A stretch of 64,000 bases of DNA from an uncultured Candidatus Rokubacteria bacterium (GCA_963754315.1 CAVWFS010000019.1:224001-288000), one strand, 5' to 3'; numbered from the stretch's first letter, positions 40,690 to 51,799 are shown. The notes: a model not told the origin generated them from the letters alone. Translations and numbers: made by a program.

Positions 40690-41300
40690 TCAGGCGGCGC
40701 GGCGCATTGTTCGTCGTATCCGCTCCGTCTGGCGCCGGCAAGACGACTCTGTGTCGCGAGGTCCGACGGCTACTCCCCGATGTCGCCTACTCAATCTCCG
40801 TCACGACGCGGTCGCCTCGCCCCGGCGAGGTGAACGGGGTGGACTTCGATTTCGTCGGCGATGACGAGTTCGGTGCCTTGCTCGAGCGGGGGGCGCTTGC
40901 CGAGTGGGCAACAGTGCACGGTCACCTCTACGGCACCCGCGCGAGCACCCTCGAGGCCGCCCTGGCCGAGGGCGCCGATGTTCTTCTGGACATCGACACC
41001 CAGGGCGCCGCCCAGCTCCGCGCTCGATACCCGGAGGCGGTCCTGGTCTTCATCGTGGCGCCGTCCATGATCGAGCTGGAGCAGCGTCTGCGCGAGCGCC
41101 GGTCGGACGCCGCCCCGGACATCGCGCGGAGACTCCGGCGTGCCCGGGAGGAGATCGGATTGTGGCGTCGCTACGACTACCTGATCGTGAACCGCGATCT
41201 GAAAGAGGCGATCGATCATCTGACGGCGGTCATTCAAGCCGAGCGGTGCCGGACGGTCCGGCTCGGCCTTAGATTCCCCGACTTGGAGGTCAAGGACTGA
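40686..41300 (+). CDS. gmk: Guanylate kinase
   Basis: SAPSGAGKTT, TTRSPRPGE and DIDTQGA motifs. Confidence 0.97.
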   Translation: MIRRRGALFVVSAPSGAGKTTLCREVRRLLPDVAYSISVTTRSPRPGEVNGVDFDFVGDDEFGALLERGALAEWATVHGHLYGTRASTLEAALAEGADVLLDIDTQGAAQLRARYPEAVLVFIVAPSMIELEQRLRERRSDAAPDIARRLRRAREEIGLWRRYDYLIVNRDLKEAIDHLTAVIQAERCRTVRLGLRFPDLEVKD

Positions 41301-41515
41301 TGGGCTTTCCCTCACTGGAGAACTCACTGAACAAGGTGTCCAACCGTTATCTCCTGGTGGTACTTGCAGCCAAGCGTGCCCGGCAGCTCAACCGGGGTGC
41401 CGCGGCACGAGTGGACGTGCGGTACCGGAAGCCGACCAGCGTCGCGCTGGAGGAGATTGCCGGAGCCAAGGTTGATTATCGGGTGAAGGAGGAGGGCGAG
41501 ACGTCAAAGGCGTGA
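41300..41515 (+). CDS. rpoZ: RNA polymerase omega subunit
   Basis: NRYLLVVLAAKRARQL and ALEEI motifs. Confidence 0.95.
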   Translation: MGFPSLENSLNKVSNRYLLVVLAAKRARQLNRGAAARVDVRYRKPTSVALEEIAGAKVDYRVKEEGETSKA

Positions 41516-42723
41516 CCGACAAGGAGCTGATCCTCGGCGTCAGCGGGTCGATCGCGGCTTACAAAGCCGTCTATCTGCTGCGGGAGCTGACTCGCCTAGG
41601 AGCGCGGGTCACCGTCTGCCTCACCGAACACGCGCGCGAGTTCGTAGGCCCGTTGACCTTTCGTACGCTCTCCGGGCGGGCGGTGCTCACGAACCTGTTC
41701 GATCCTGAGAGCGAGGAGGCCGTGGAGCACGTCGCTCTCGCCGAGCGGGCCGACGGTATCCTGGTAGCCCCTGCCACCGCCAATCTCATTGCCAAGGCTG
41801 CCCATGGTATCGCCGACGATGCCCTCACTACCCTGCTCCTCGCTGCTCGCGGCCCCGTGCTCATGGCCCCGGCCATGGACGGGGGAATGTGGGACCACCC
41901 GGCCGTGGTATCGAACGTGGCCCTTCTGCGTCAGCGGGGCCTCACCGTGCTCGAACCCGACACGGGTCCCCTCGCCTCGGGTCTCCGCGGCAAAGGACGC
42001 CTGCCCGAGGTCGCGGTCATCCTCGAGACGATGGCCGGGCTCCTCAATCCCGTTCGCGATCTGGCCGGGGATCGGATCGTAGTCACGGCGGGGCCCACCC
42101 GTGAACCGATCGATCCGGTTCGGTACATCTCCAACCGCTCCTCCGGAAAAATGGGCTATCGCCTGGCCGCAGCCGCCTTGCGGCGCGGAGCGGCCGTCAC
42201 CCTCGTTTCGGGGCCCACCAGCATCACGCCACCGGCCGGCGCGCGGTTTGTCTCCGTGGAGACCGCCGAGGAGATGAGGGAGGCGGTGCTCCATCACAGC
42301 CAAAGCGCCACCGTCGTCATCAAGGCGGCGGCCGTGGCCGACTATCGTGTGAAGGATCCCGCCGCCGCCAAGATCAAGGGCAAGCAGGACCTGACCCTCT
42401 TCCTTACGGCCAACCCGGACATCCTCCGTGAGGTGGCTGCGGCTCGGACGGGGGCCTTCATGGTGGGGTTTGCGGCGGAGACGCACGACGTCGCCGCCAA
42501 CGCGCAGGTCAAGCTGAAGAGCAAGGGCATCGACCTGCTGGTGGCAAACGACGTAAGCCAGGCGGGCATCGGATTCGACGCGGAGGACAACGAGGTGCTG
42601 TTGCTCGACCGGTGGGGTGGACGGCGTGCGCTCCCGCGCATGCCCAAAAGCGAGGTGGCGGACGCGATCCTGAGCCACGTGATCGCGCTGCGCGCCACCG
42701 TGCCGACCGGAGCTGGCCGGTGA
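41512..42723 (+). CDS. coaBC: Bifunctional phosphopantothenoylcysteine decarboxylase/ligase
   Basis: GSIAAYK, APATAN, DPVRYISNRSSGKMG and GFAAET motifs. Confidence 0.97.
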   Translation: MTDKELILGVSGSIAAYKAVYLLRELTRLGARVTVCLTEHAREFVGPLTFRTLSGRAVLTNLFDPESEEAVEHVALAERADGILVAPATANLIAKAAHGIADDALTTLLLAARGPVLMAPAMDGGMWDHPAVVSNVALLRQRGLTVLEPDTGPLASGLRGKGRLPEVAVILETMAGLLNPVRDLAGDRIVVTAGPTREPIDPVRYISNRSSGKMGYRLAAAALRRGAAVTLVSGPTSITPPAGARFVSVETAEEMREAVLHHSQSATVVIKAAAVADYRVKDPAAAKIKGKQDLTLFLTANPDILREVAAARTGAFMVGFAAETHDVAANAQVKLKSKGIDLLVANDVSQAGIGFDAEDNEVLLLDRWGGRRALPRMPKSEVADAILSHVIALRATVPTGAGR

Positions 42724-43412
42724 GCGGTCAACGTGCAGGCGAGATGTTGGCGGACGCCTTGGGCGCACTCGGGGCGACCTTGCGACATTACCGCGATCTT
42801 GGATTGACGGAGCTTCCCCTTCTCGGGGATGTGCTACCAGGCCCCGCGGAAGCGCTCCAGGCCCAGGAGCGCAACCTACAGGGATGCTCCCGCTGCAAAC
42901 TGTGTGGGGGCCGATCCACCATCGTCTTCGGCTCCGGTAACCCCCAGGCCGATCTCGTGGTCATCGGCGAGGGGCCCGGCGCCGACGAAGACCTTCAGGG
43001 GAAGCCTTTCGTAGGCCGGGCTGGACAGCTACTGACCAGGATGCTGGAGTCCGTGCAGATCTCTCGCGACGAGGTCTACATCACGAACACCGTCAAGTGC
43101 CGTCCACCAGGAAACCGTAATCCGGAGGGAGACGAGCTGGCTGCTTGCGCGCCGTTCCTGGCTGCCCAGCTTGGGGTCCTCCAACCCAAGGTCATTCTCG
43201 CCCTTGGGAGCGTGGCAACCCAGGCGTTGCTGAAGACCAAGGAGCCGATCGGCAGGCTGCGCGGCCGCTTGCACCCCTACGGGTCTATCGTGCTCGTCCC
43301 GACCTTCCACCCAGCATTTCTCTTGCGGAATCCCGGGCAGGACTACAAGCGCATGGCGTGGGACGATCTCAAGCTCGCCAAGCGGGAGTACGATCGGCGA
43401 CGAACACCCTGA
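42720..43412 (+). CDS. Uracil-DNA glycosylase, family 4
   Basis: CSRCKLC, GEGPG, KCRPPGNR and TFHPAFLLR motifs. Confidence 0.93.
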   Translation: MSGQRAGEMLADALGALGATLRHYRDLGLTELPLLGDVLPGPAEALQAQERNLQGCSRCKLCGGRSTIVFGSGNPQADLVVIGEGPGADEDLQGKPFVGRAGQLLTRMLESVQISRDEVYITNTVKCRPPGNRNPEGDELAACAPFLAAQLGVLQPKVILALGSVATQALLKTKEPIGRLRGRLHPYGSIVLVPTFHPAFLLRNPGQDYKRMAWDDLKLAKREYDRRRTP

Positions 43413-43426
43413 CGCACTGCCTCCCC

Positions 43427-45273
43427 ATGATCGCGGACGTCGTCTTCGACGTTCCGATCGACCACCCCTTCTCGTACCGGGTGCCGGATGGCTGGTCGCT
43501 CGTCGTGGGGCAGCGAGTCCTCGCACCTCTTCGCGGCTCCCCACGGCTGGGCATGGTCGTCGCGCTCCGAGCGGGCGCCGACGACGATCTCAAGCCGGTC
43601 CGGGGCATCGTCGAGCAGGATCCAGTCCTCGCCTCCGCGCAGCTCGACCTTGCCAGATGGATCGCCCACGAATCGCTCTCGAGCTTAGGCTCTACGTGCG
43701 CGGCACTGACGCCTCCCGTAGTGTTGGACGAGGCGAGCCGCCCCCGCCAAACCTCACGCGTGGAACCTGAAGGTGGGCACCCTCCGTTTGCACTCCCGTC
43801 GTCATCCAGTCCGGAATGCGAGCTGCTCATTGGCTCTGGCCGTGAGCGGCGCGTCCTCGAGCGCATTGCGTCGGCCGAGTTCCGTGCTGCTGCTGGCCGC
43901 GGACATCGAGGGCTGCGCCCGCTGGGCTCAGCGCCTGGAGAAGATCGACCGCGTGGCTCGGCTCGACTCCGGGGCCTCCGACGACGAGCGGGTGTCAGGG
44001 TGGCGAGAGCTCGGCGCCGGCACTGTCCGGTTGGCGGTGGGAACACGGTCTGCCCTTTTGGCCCCCCTGCCCGCCGGTGCGACCCTCGTCATGCTCGACG
44101 AACATGAGAGCACCCACAACCCCCCCGGGGCCCCCCGCATCCACGCCCGCGAGCTCGTGCTCGAGCGCGCCCGTCGTCAGCGCCTGACAGCCCTCTTCAC
44201 ATCCGCCACACCGAGCGTGGAGATGTGGCAGCGGGTTGAGGCTCGCGACGTTGCCCTGAACGCCGCTCCCTCATCGGCGTGGCCAAGCGTGGCGATCGGG
44301 GACACGCGTGGCATTCTCAGGCGGGAGGCGCTGACGCCGCTCCTCGCCCGCGAGATACGGGAGACGCTCGCGGCAGGGCGGCGGGTGTTCCTCGGTATCA
44401 GTCGCCTTGCGTCGGCGCTCGCCTGCGACGAGTGCGGAATAGTCGTGCGTTGCGAGCGCTGCGGTCTCGCGCTTGCGTACTCTCGCACCGCTGCCACGCT
44501 CGTGTGTCGGCTGTGCAGCGCGACGGTCCCTTTGCCCAACCGATGCCCCGCCTGTCAGGGCCATCGACTGTCGCCGTTTGGTTGGGGAGCGGAACGTGTG
44601 GAGCACGCGGTGCGCCGGCGGTTCGCCAGGGCTCGGGTAGCGCGCTACGATCCCACGACCCGCGGCGCGCGGGCGGAGATGCAACGGGCGGCGGCAGCGG
44701 CGGCCGATGTCGTGATCGGCACGCGGGCGGCACTGCGGTTGTTCGGGCCAGCCTCGCTTGGCCTGGCGGCCTTCGTGTCACCCGACCAATTGCTGCGTCT
44801 ACCCGACTTTCGCGCAGGAGAACAAGCCTTCGCCTGGATCTGGGCCGCCGCGGAACGCGTACAGCCCGACGGGCGCGTCATTGTCCAGTCGCAGAATCCC
44901 TCCCACTATGTGTTCGACGCCGTAGCCCGCGGGGATCTGGCGAGCTTCTATCGCCACGAGCTCGAGTTCCGGCGGGAGCTCGGCTATCCCCCGTTTCGTC
45001 GCCTGGCCGTGATCACCATGCGGGGTCGGACGGACGAAGAATCCCAGAGCCTCGCCAATCGGCTGGTGCGCCGCTCTGTCGGGGGTGAGCTCCCTGACCG
45101 TGTACCCGCCCCCTACAGGCGGCGGAAAGGCGCGGGCGCGCCAGGTCGTTGTGAAGGGCGGACACGACCTGCCGGGCTTGCTCCGCGCGGGATTGGGGGA
45201 GTTCCTCCAGCCAGCGGCGCGCGCTCGCGGTATCATGGAGGTGGAGGTCGACCCCGTCGAATGGCCGTCCTGA
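43427..45273 (+). CDS. priA: Primosomal protein N' (PriA) with degenerate helicase motifs; +1 frameshifts near 43874 and 45070
   Basis: 3'-DNA-binding N-terminus (FSYRVP..GQRVLAPL), GTRSAL, SATPS, four CxxC pairs, PDFRAGE, YPPF and C-terminal VDP; coaBC-priA-def-fmt synteny. Confidence 0.88.
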
Positions 45274-45785
45274 AGATACGACGCTATGGTGATCCGGTCC
45301 TGCGGGCCAAGGCCACGCCTGTCACCGGGATCACCACAGAGATACGCAGGATGGTTGACGACATGATCGAGACCATGTACGACGAGGTGGGCATTGGCCT
45401 CGCCGCCTCCCAGGTCGGTATCTTGCTGCGCCTCATGATCGTGGGCGACGAGAACGGAGGCCACGCGCGCGCCCTCGTCAATCCCGTCATTGCCGAGAGC
45501 GGTGGTCAGGTGACCGCAGAGGAAGGGTGTCTCTCGATACCCGGCGTGTTTGCGCAGGTGACGCGCGCAGCCTGGGTGAAACTGGACGCGCAGGACCTCG
45601 ACGGCAAGCCAGTTTCGATCCACGCCCGCGGGCTGCAGGCACGCGTCTTCCAGCACGAGATGGATCATCTCGACGGCATCCTTTTCATTGACCGCCTCGA
45701 GCCGGTTCAGCGAGACCGCATCAAGCGGAAGATCAAGAAGGAAGGTCTGCGCGCCGATTCACCGCATCACTCAGCCGCACTGTAG
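45261..45785 (+). CDS. def: Peptide deformylase
   Basis: GIGLAASQVG, EGCLS and QHEMDHLDG motifs. Confidence 0.97.
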   Translation: MAVLKIRRYGDPVLRAKATPVTGITTEIRRMVDDMIETMYDEVGIGLAASQVGILLRLMIVGDENGGHARALVNPVIAESGGQVTAEEGCLSIPGVFAQVTRAAWVKLDAQDLDGKPVSIHARGLQARVFQHEMDHLDGILFIDRLEPVQRDRIKRKIKKEGLRADSPHHSAAL

Positions 45786-45786
45786 A

Positions 45787-45873
45787 ATGGGGGGCCCCGA
45801 AATGGCCCCCCATGGCCCCCCAACGCTCGGGGTCCCCAGGAAAACTCGGGGCACCCCTCGATGTGCCGCGCGG
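45787..45873 (-). repeat. Two-hairpin G/C-rich repeat, copy D (inverted), between def and fmt
   Basis: Reverse complement reads CGAGGGGTGCCCCGAGTTTTCCTGGGGACCCCGAGCGTTGGGGGGCCATGGGGGGCCATTTCGGGGCCCCCCAT. Confidence 0.9.
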
Positions 45874-45889
45874 TTCTGAGGCTCTTGAT

Positions 45890-46813
45890 TTGCGAGTGCT
45901 GTTCTACGGGACACCTGCCTTCGCCCTGCCCACCTTGGAGGCGTTGATCCGGGATCACCAGGTGGTCGCTGTGGTGACGCAGCCGGATCGGCCAGCCCAC
46001 CGCGGCCAGCGACTGACGGCGTCGCCCGTGAAGGAGCGTGCGCGGGCGGCGGGGATTCCCGTCCTGCAACCCACTCGAGTGCGTGATCCGGAGTGGCCGG
46101 AGCGGCTCCGTGCGTACAGCTCCGAGGTCGGCGTGGTGGTCGCGTTCGGCCAGATTCTGCCGAGAGCCGTCTTGGATGTTCCGGCGCGCGGATGCCTCAA
46201 CGTTCATGCGTCTCTGCTCCCACGGTATCGGGGGGCCGCCCCTATCGCGTGGGCCATCATTCGCGGCGAGACAGAGACCGGCATCAGCATCATGCAGATG
46301 GACGAGGGCATGGACACCGGGCCTGTGCTCTTTACCTCGCGCACGCCCATCGGACCAGACGAGACGGCCGCCGACTTGGCCGGTCGGCTCGCCACCCTGG
46401 GTGGACGGGCGCTCATCGAAGTCCTTGCCCAGCTCGATCGCCTCGCTCCCGTCCCGCAAGCGGACACCGAGGCGACGCTGGCCCCTCGCCTCAAGAAGAC
46501 CGACGGGAACATCGACTGGACACGCCCGGCCTGCGATCTCGTGAACCTCGTGCGCGGGTGCAACCCTTGGCCCGGAGCCCATACGCGCACGCCGACAGGC
46601 GGACTGTTGATCTGGAAAGCCATCGCCGTCCCTGAGGCACGTGCCGAGGCGCCGGGGACACTTGTCGCGCAGGGCGCTTGCATTGCCATTGCGACCTCGG
46701 CAGGAGCGTTTCTACCTCTCGAAGTCCAGGCCGAGGGCCGGCGCGCCATGTCCTGGGAGGAGTACCTTCGCGGCGCCCGGCTCGCGCCGGGCGCTACCTT
46801 CGGCCAGCGGTGA
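45890..46813 (+). CDS. fmt: Methionyl-tRNA formyltransferase
   Basis: RVLFYGTPAFA, VTQPDRP, NVHASLLPRYRGAAP and MDTG motifs; TTG 45890 is the likely start. Confidence 0.96.
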   Translation: MRVLFYGTPAFALPTLEALIRDHQVVAVVTQPDRPAHRGQRLTASPVKERARAAGIPVLQPTRVRDPEWPERLRAYSSEVGVVVAFGQILPRAVLDVPARGCLNVHASLLPRYRGAAPIAWAIIRGETETGISIMQMDEGMDTGPVLFTSRTPIGPDETAADLAGRLATLGGRALIEVLAQLDRLAPVPQADTEATLAPRLKKTDGNIDWTRPACDLVNLVRGCNPWPGAHTRTPTGGLLIWKAIAVPEARAEAPGTLVAQGACIAIATSAGAFLPLEVQAEGRRAMSWEEYLRGARLAPGATFGQR

Positions 46814-48150
46814 GCGAGCCTTCTCCAGCGCGGGCGGTGGCGATCCACGTTCTCGAGCGGGTTGCCCGCGACGGCGCCTTCGCCGACCTCGCTCTCGATG
46901 CCGCCCTCGCCCGCCAGCGCCTGAGCATGCGCGATGCCGCCCTTGCCACCGAACTGACCTTCGGAACCTTGCGCTGGCAACGCTACCTCGACTGGGTGCT
47001 GGCGCCGCACTCGCGCCGACCGCTCGAGTCGCTGGAGGCAAGAGTGCTGGCGGCCGTGCGTGTCGCCGCCTACCAGATCGTCTTCCTTGAGCGCATCCCG
47101 CCGTTCGCGGCCGTCAACGACGCGGTGTCTCTGGCCGGCACCAAACCGGGTATCGGCGGGTTCGTCAACGCCGTGCTGCGCGCCTTCGCGCGCCGGGGAA
47201 CACGTGAGCGTGAACCGGCCGCACCGCTCAATCCAGTCGAAGCGATCGCGCTTCGCTGCTCGTTCCCGACGTGGCTGGCGGCGCGTTGGATGGACCGGTA
47301 TGGCCTCGAGGACGCACGGTCGCTCATGCTTGCGATGAACGAGCGCCCGCCCCTCACCGTCAGGGCGAACACCCTGCGTCTCTCACGGGAGGAGCTGGCC
47401 CGTCGGCTTCGTGCGGAGGAGAAGCGCACGTCGACATTGACGCCGCACGCCCCGGAAGGCCTCGTGGTTCCCCACGGCGGTGGCCCTCCCGCCTCGTGGC
47501 GCGTCTTCGACGAGGGCGCATGCGCCGTCCAGGACGAAGCCTCGATGCTGGTGGCGCACCTGGTCGGAGCCATGCCCGGAGATATGGTGGCGGACGTGTG
47601 CGCCGCACCGGGAACGAAGACCACTCACCTGGCCCAGCTCATGGCCAACCGAGGCCGGATTCTCGCCTTCGATCGCGAGCCGTCGCGGCTACAGCGCGTG
47701 AACGAGGGGGCGGCTCGCCTTGGTGTCTCGATCATCGAGACTGGGTCGGGGTCGGTGGAGTCCCACGCGCCGAGGTATGCGTCCTCCTGCGACGCCGTCC
47801 TCGTGGACGCTCCCTGCTCGAACCTGGGCGTGTTGCGTCGTCACCCTGACGTGAAGTGGCGGCGTCAGCCTGACGAGCTGGCCAAAAGCGCCACGGAGCA
47901 ACGCAGGATTCTCCAGGCGGCAGCCACGATGGTCCGGCCCGGCGGCCGCCTCGTCTACGCGACCTGCTCTCTCGAGCCCGAGGAGAACGAGGAGGTCGTT
48001 CGCGATCTGCTGACGATACGCGATGATCTCACCATCGACCCGCCACCGTCCTTTCCGATTCCCCTCGACATGACCGGCGCTCTCCGCCTCTTCCCGCATC
48101 GGCATGGCACGGACGGGTTCACTGCCATCCGGCTGCGCCGGAGGCTATGA
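46810..48150 (+). CDS. rsmB: 16S rRNA m5C967 methyltransferase
   Basis: NusB-like N-terminus; QDEAS, DVCAAPGTKT, DAPCS and YATCS motifs. Confidence 0.95.
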   Translation: MSEPSPARAVAIHVLERVARDGAFADLALDAALARQRLSMRDAALATELTFGTLRWQRYLDWVLAPHSRRPLESLEARVLAAVRVAAYQIVFLERIPPFAAVNDAVSLAGTKPGIGGFVNAVLRAFARRGTREREPAAPLNPVEAIALRCSFPTWLAARWMDRYGLEDARSLMLAMNERPPLTVRANTLRLSREELARRLRAEEKRTSTLTPHAPEGLVVPHGGGPPASWRVFDEGACAVQDEASMLVAHLVGAMPGDMVADVCAAPGTKTTHLAQLMANRGRILAFDREPSRLQRVNEGAARLGVSIIETGSGSVESHAPRYASSCDAVLVDAPCSNLGVLRRHPDVKWRRQPDELAKSATEQRRILQAAATMVRPGGRLVYATCSLEPEENEEVVRDLLTIRDDLTIDPPPSFPIPLDMTGALRLFPHRHGTDGFTAIRLRRRL

Positions 48151-48181
48151 ACGCGCGATTCGACGCGGTATAAGGAGGCAC

Positions 48182-48862
48182 ATGGTCAAGATAGCTCCGT
48201 CCATTCTCGCCGCGGACTTCGGAATCCTCGCCGAGGAGATCGCGCGGGTGGAGGCAGCCGGCGCCGACCAGATCCACATCGACGTCATGGACGGACGTTT
48301 CGTCCCCAACATCTCGATGGGGTTTCCGGTCATCGAGGCCGTCCGCAAGCGCACCCGGCTGCCTCTCGACCTGCACCTGATGATCGTGGAGCCCGAGCGC
48401 TACCTGGCAGACTTTGCCGCCGCGGGCGCCGACCTGTTGACTGTCCATGTTGAAGCCTGCCCCCATCTGCAACGGACCCTCACCGGAATCCGTGAGCTCG
48501 GCGCCAAGGGCCGGCAGCCGATCAAGGCGGGCGCCGCCCTCAACCCCGGAACCCATCCGCAGGCCCTGGATTACGTCGTCGACGACGTCGACCTCGTGCT
48601 GGTGATGTCGGTCAACCCGGGCTTCGGCGGCCAGCAGTTCATCCCGACCGTGTATCCGAAAGTTCGTCAGATCAGAACCCTGTTGGGAACGCGCACGGTG
48701 GACGTTTCCGTGGACGGCGGCGTAAAGGTTGAGCACGCGCGACCTCTGGTCGCGCATGGGGCGTCTGTGCTGGTGGCCGGTTCGGCGGTGTTCTCGGCCG
48801 CCGACCCCGCCCAGGCCATCCGGGATCTACGACGCGCCGCTGCCCCGCCCTCCGGCGGATAG
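48182..48862 (+). CDS. rpe: Ribulose-phosphate 3-epimerase
   Basis: IAPSILAADF, HIDVMDG and MSVNPGFGGQ motifs. Confidence 0.97.
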   Translation: MVKIAPSILAADFGILAEEIARVEAAGADQIHIDVMDGRFVPNISMGFPVIEAVRKRTRLPLDLHLMIVEPERYLADFAAAGADLLTVHVEACPHLQRTLTGIRELGAKGRQPIKAGAALNPGTHPQALDYVVDDVDLVLVMSVNPGFGGQQFIPTVYPKVRQIRTLLGTRTVDVSVDGGVKVEHARPLVAHGASVLVAGSAVFSAADPAQAIRDLRRAAAPPSGG

Positions 48863-48915
48863 TCACCACCTCTAGTTGAAATTCACGCCGTCTTTCCGTA
48901 CCCTTAACTGTTCCC

Positions 48916-50271
48916 ATGTTCGACACCCTGAGCACTCGACTGCAAGGTATCTTCGACCGGCTAGGCAGCCGCGGCCGCCTGACCGAAGACAACATCCAGG
49001 AAGCCATGCGCGAGGTCCGGGTGGCCTTGCTCGAAGCCGACGTCAACTTCAAGGTCGTGCGGGCCTTCGTGGACGCGGTCAAGGACAAGGCCGTCGGGCA
49101 GGACGTCCTTCGATCGCTGACACCCGCTCAGCAGGTCGTGAAGATCGTCCATGACGAGCTGATCCAGCTCCTGGGCGGCAGCGGTCATCGTCTGGCCATG
49201 GCCTCGGCCCCACCTACCATCGTCATGCTGATAGGCCTGCAGGGTTCCGGCAAGACGACCACGGCCGCCAAGCTTGCCCGACTGTACGCCCGGCAAGGAC
49301 AGCATCCGATCCTGGCCGCCGCCGATACGTATCGGCCGGCTGCTCAGGACCAGCTCCGGACCCTTGGCGCTCAGCTCAATGTTCCCGTCGTCTCTGGCGA
49401 GGCTGGCCAGACGCCGCTCGCGATCTGTCGAGCGGCCCGGGAGGAGGCGGCCGCCCGAGGTCTCACTCCGCTGATCCTTGACACGGCCGGCCGGCTGCAC
49501 ATCGACGAGCCAATGCTCGAGGAGCTGCAGAAGATCAGAGCCGACGTGAAGCCGCACCACATTCTCCTGGTGGTCGACGCCATGACCGGCCAGGACGCGC
49601 TCACGGTAGCGGATCGCTTCAACAAAGCGGTCGGTATCGACGCTGTCGTCCTCACCAAGCTGGACGGAGACTCCCGGGGGGGCGCGGCACTGTCGGTACG
49701 GCACGTGACGGGACGCCCCATCGCGTTCGTGGGGGTGGGAGAGAAGACCGATGCCCTGGAGCCCTTCCATCCGGAGCGGATAGCCTCGCGGATTCTGGGC
49801 ATGGGCGACGTGCTGTCACTCGTCGAGCGGGCGCAGGAGTCCGTCGACCAGGAGAAGGCAGCAGCGCTCGTCAAGAAGCTACGCGAGGACAGCTTCACGC
49901 TCGAGGATTTCCGCGATCAGCTTCGCCAGGTCAAGCAGATGGGCCCGCTCGACCAGATCATGGGCATGATTCCGGGTATCGGCAAGCTCTTCAAGGGCGC
50001 GCCCACAGAGCTGGACAAGGAAACGGCCGACCTCGGGCGATTCGATGCGATCATCTCGTCCATGACGCCGAGTGAGCGGCGGCACCCGGAGGTCATCAAC
50101 GGTAGCCGCCGCCAGCGAATCGCCCGCGGGAGCGGTACCACCGTGCAGGACGTGAACCGCCTGCTCAAGCAACACGCACAGCTCAGAAAGATGATGAAGC
50201 AGTTCAAGGGGCTCGAGGGACGCCTCGGACGCACGCGAGGATTGCCGGGGTTTCCAGGCCTGAGGGGGTGA
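48916..50271 (+). CDS. ffh: Signal recognition particle protein
   Basis: [20 protein letters not shown] and RILGMGD motifs; M domain. Confidence 0.98.
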   Translation: MFDTLSTRLQGIFDRLGSRGRLTEDNIQEAMREVRVALLEADVNFKVVRAFVDAVKDKAVGQDVLRSLTPAQQVVKIVHDELIQLLGGSGHRLAMASAPPTIVMLIGLQGSGKTTTAAKLARLYARQGQHPILAAADTYRPAAQDQLRTLGAQLNVPVVSGEAGQTPLAICRAAREEAAARGLTPLILDTAGRLHIDEPMLEELQKIRADVKPHHILLVVDAMTGQDALTVADRFNKAVGIDAVVLTKLDGDSRGGAALSVRHVTGRPIAFVGVGEKTDALEPFHPERIASRILGMGDVLSLVERAQESVDQEKAAALVKKLREDSFTLEDFRDQLRQVKQMGPLDQIMGMIPGIGKLFKGAPTELDKETADLGRFDAIISSMTPSERRHPEVINGSRRQRIARGSGTTVQDVNRLLKQHAQLRKMMKQFKGLEGRLGRTRGLPGFPGLRG

Positions 50272-50275
50272 GCAC

Positions 50276-50521
50276 GTGTCAGTATCGATTCGTCTGAGGA
50301 GAATGGGGTCGTCACGGCGGCCCAGGTACCGGGTCGTGGTGGCCGATTCACGGTCCCCGCGCGACGGGCGATTCATCGAGATCATCGGGCACTACAATCC
50401 GCTGACCGAGCCGCCGACCGTCAAGATCGATCGGGAGCGGGCCGCCAACTGGATCGCCAAGGGCGCGCAACCCTCGAACACGGTCAAACGGCTGATCGCC
50501 AACGTCAAGGATGCCGGATAG
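50276..50521 (+). CDS. rpsP: 30S ribosomal protein S16
   Basis: IRLRRMG, RDGRFIE and GAQPS motifs. Confidence 0.97.
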   Translation: MSVSIRLRRMGSSRRPRYRVVVADSRSPRDGRFIEIIGHYNPLTEPPTVKIDRERAANWIAKGAQPSNTVKRLIANVKDAG

Positions 50522-51032
50522 CGAGCGCTGGGTGGCCATCGGCGAAATCGGTCGTCCGTACGGCCGAAGCGGTGAGGTGCGTGTCACTCCCCTCACCGAC
50601 GATCTTGATCGGTTCGCCCGCGTTGGCGATTGCGTGTTGCTCGACTCGGCCGGGGGACGGGAACCGCGCCGCCTCACTGCCGCCCGTCGCCAGGATGGCG
50701 GGGTGATCGTGGCGCTGGCCGGTTGCGATTCTCCCGAAGCGGCACGGACACTGGGAGGCCGGCTGCTCGCCATTCCGGAGTCGGAAGTCCTGCCTCTCGA
50801 CGAAGGGCATTTTTACGCTTGGCAGCTCGAGGGGTGTCGGGTGGTGACCGAGGACGGCCAGGAGGTTGGTGGGGTGACCGGCATTGCGGAGACAGCAGCC
50901 CACGATCTGTGGGTGGTGCGGGACGGGGCACGTGAGCACCTTATTCCGGCGGTGGCCGAGATCGTCCGTGAGGTCGATCTGGCGGGGCGACGGGTCGTGA
51001 TCAACCCGCCCGCAGGCCTGCTCGACCTGTAG
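50511..51032 (+). CDS. rimM: Ribosome maturation factor RimM
   Basis: [12 protein letters not shown] and HLIPAV motifs; synteny. Confidence 0.95.
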   Translation: MPDSERWVAIGEIGRPYGRSGEVRVTPLTDDLDRFARVGDCVLLDSAGGREPRRLTAARRQDGGVIVALAGCDSPEAARTLGGRLLAIPESEVLPLDEGHFYAWQLEGCRVVTEDGQEVGGVTGIAETAAHDLWVVRDGAREHLIPAVAEIVREVDLAGRRVVINPPAGLLDL

Positions 51033-51052
51033 GGACCTGGTGGCCAGCATCG

Positions 51053-51799
51053 ATGCGCATCGACATCGTGACGCTCTTTCCCCAGATGGTCGCGGTGCCG
51101 CTGACCGAGTCGATGCTCGGACGAGCACGCCAGCGCGGGGTGGTCGACATCCGCGTGGTGAACCTGCGGGATTACGCAGAGGGCAAGCATCGGGTCACCG
51201 ACGACTACCAGTTCGGTGGCGGAGGGGGGATGGTGCTCAAGCCGGAGCCGCTGTTTGCAGCGGTGGCGGCCCTCAGAACGCCGGCGGCGCGGGTGATCTT
51301 GATGGACCCGCGCGGGCGGACGTTCACCCAGCGCGTGGCGGAGGAGCTGTCGCGAGTCCCGCACCTGATCCTTCTGGCCGGTCGCTATGAAGGAGTGGAC
51401 GAGCGGGTGCATGACGTCCTGGCGGACGAAGCGCTGTCCATTGGCGACTACGTCCTGACCGGGGGTGAGCTGCCCGCGCTGGTGGTGACGGACGCGGTGG
51501 TGCGGCTGCTGCCTGGCACCCTGGGAGCCGAGGGGGCGGCCGAACGCGAGTCCTTCGGCAGGGGCGGGTTGCTGGAGCCGCCCCAGTACACGCGCCCGGA
51601 GGAGTTCGCGGGGGCGCGCGTGCCGGCCGTGCTGTTGTCCGGCGACCACGCGCGCATTGCGCGCTGGCGCCGCGTCCAGGCGCTGTGGCGAACGTGGTGC
51701 GTGCGGCGTGATCTACTGGCGGGGGCAATCCTGACGCCGGAGGAACGGACGCTGATCGAGCGCTTTGAGCGCGGGGAGAGGCCGGACGGCCTCGAATGA
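51053..51799 (+). CDS. trmD: tRNA (guanine-N1)-methyltransferase
   Basis: [20 protein letters not shown] and YTRP motifs. Confidence 0.97.
   Translation: MRIDIVTLFPQMVAVPLTESMLGRARQRGVVDIRVVNLRDYAEGKHRVTDDYQFGGGGGMVLKPEPLFAAVAALRTPAARVILMDPRGRTFTQRVAEELSRVPHLILLAGRYEGVDERVHDVLADEALSIGDYVLTGGELPALVVTDAVVRLLPGTLGAEGAAERESFGRGGLLEPPQYTRPEEFAGARVPAVLLSGDHARIARWRRVQALWRTWCVRRDLLAGAILTPEERTLIERFERGERPDGLE

Noticed and set aside
43773..45785. Apparent 670-aa PriA-peptide deformylase fusion in the ORF track
   Set aside because: Artefact of the +1 shift near 45070. The true PriA C-terminus (VEVDPVEWPS-stop, 45273) is in another frame, and def has its own ATG at 45261.
50276..51032. No KH-domain gene between rpsP and rimM
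   Set aside because: Direct rpsP-rimM adjacency is common (e.g. E. coli) and not unusual.
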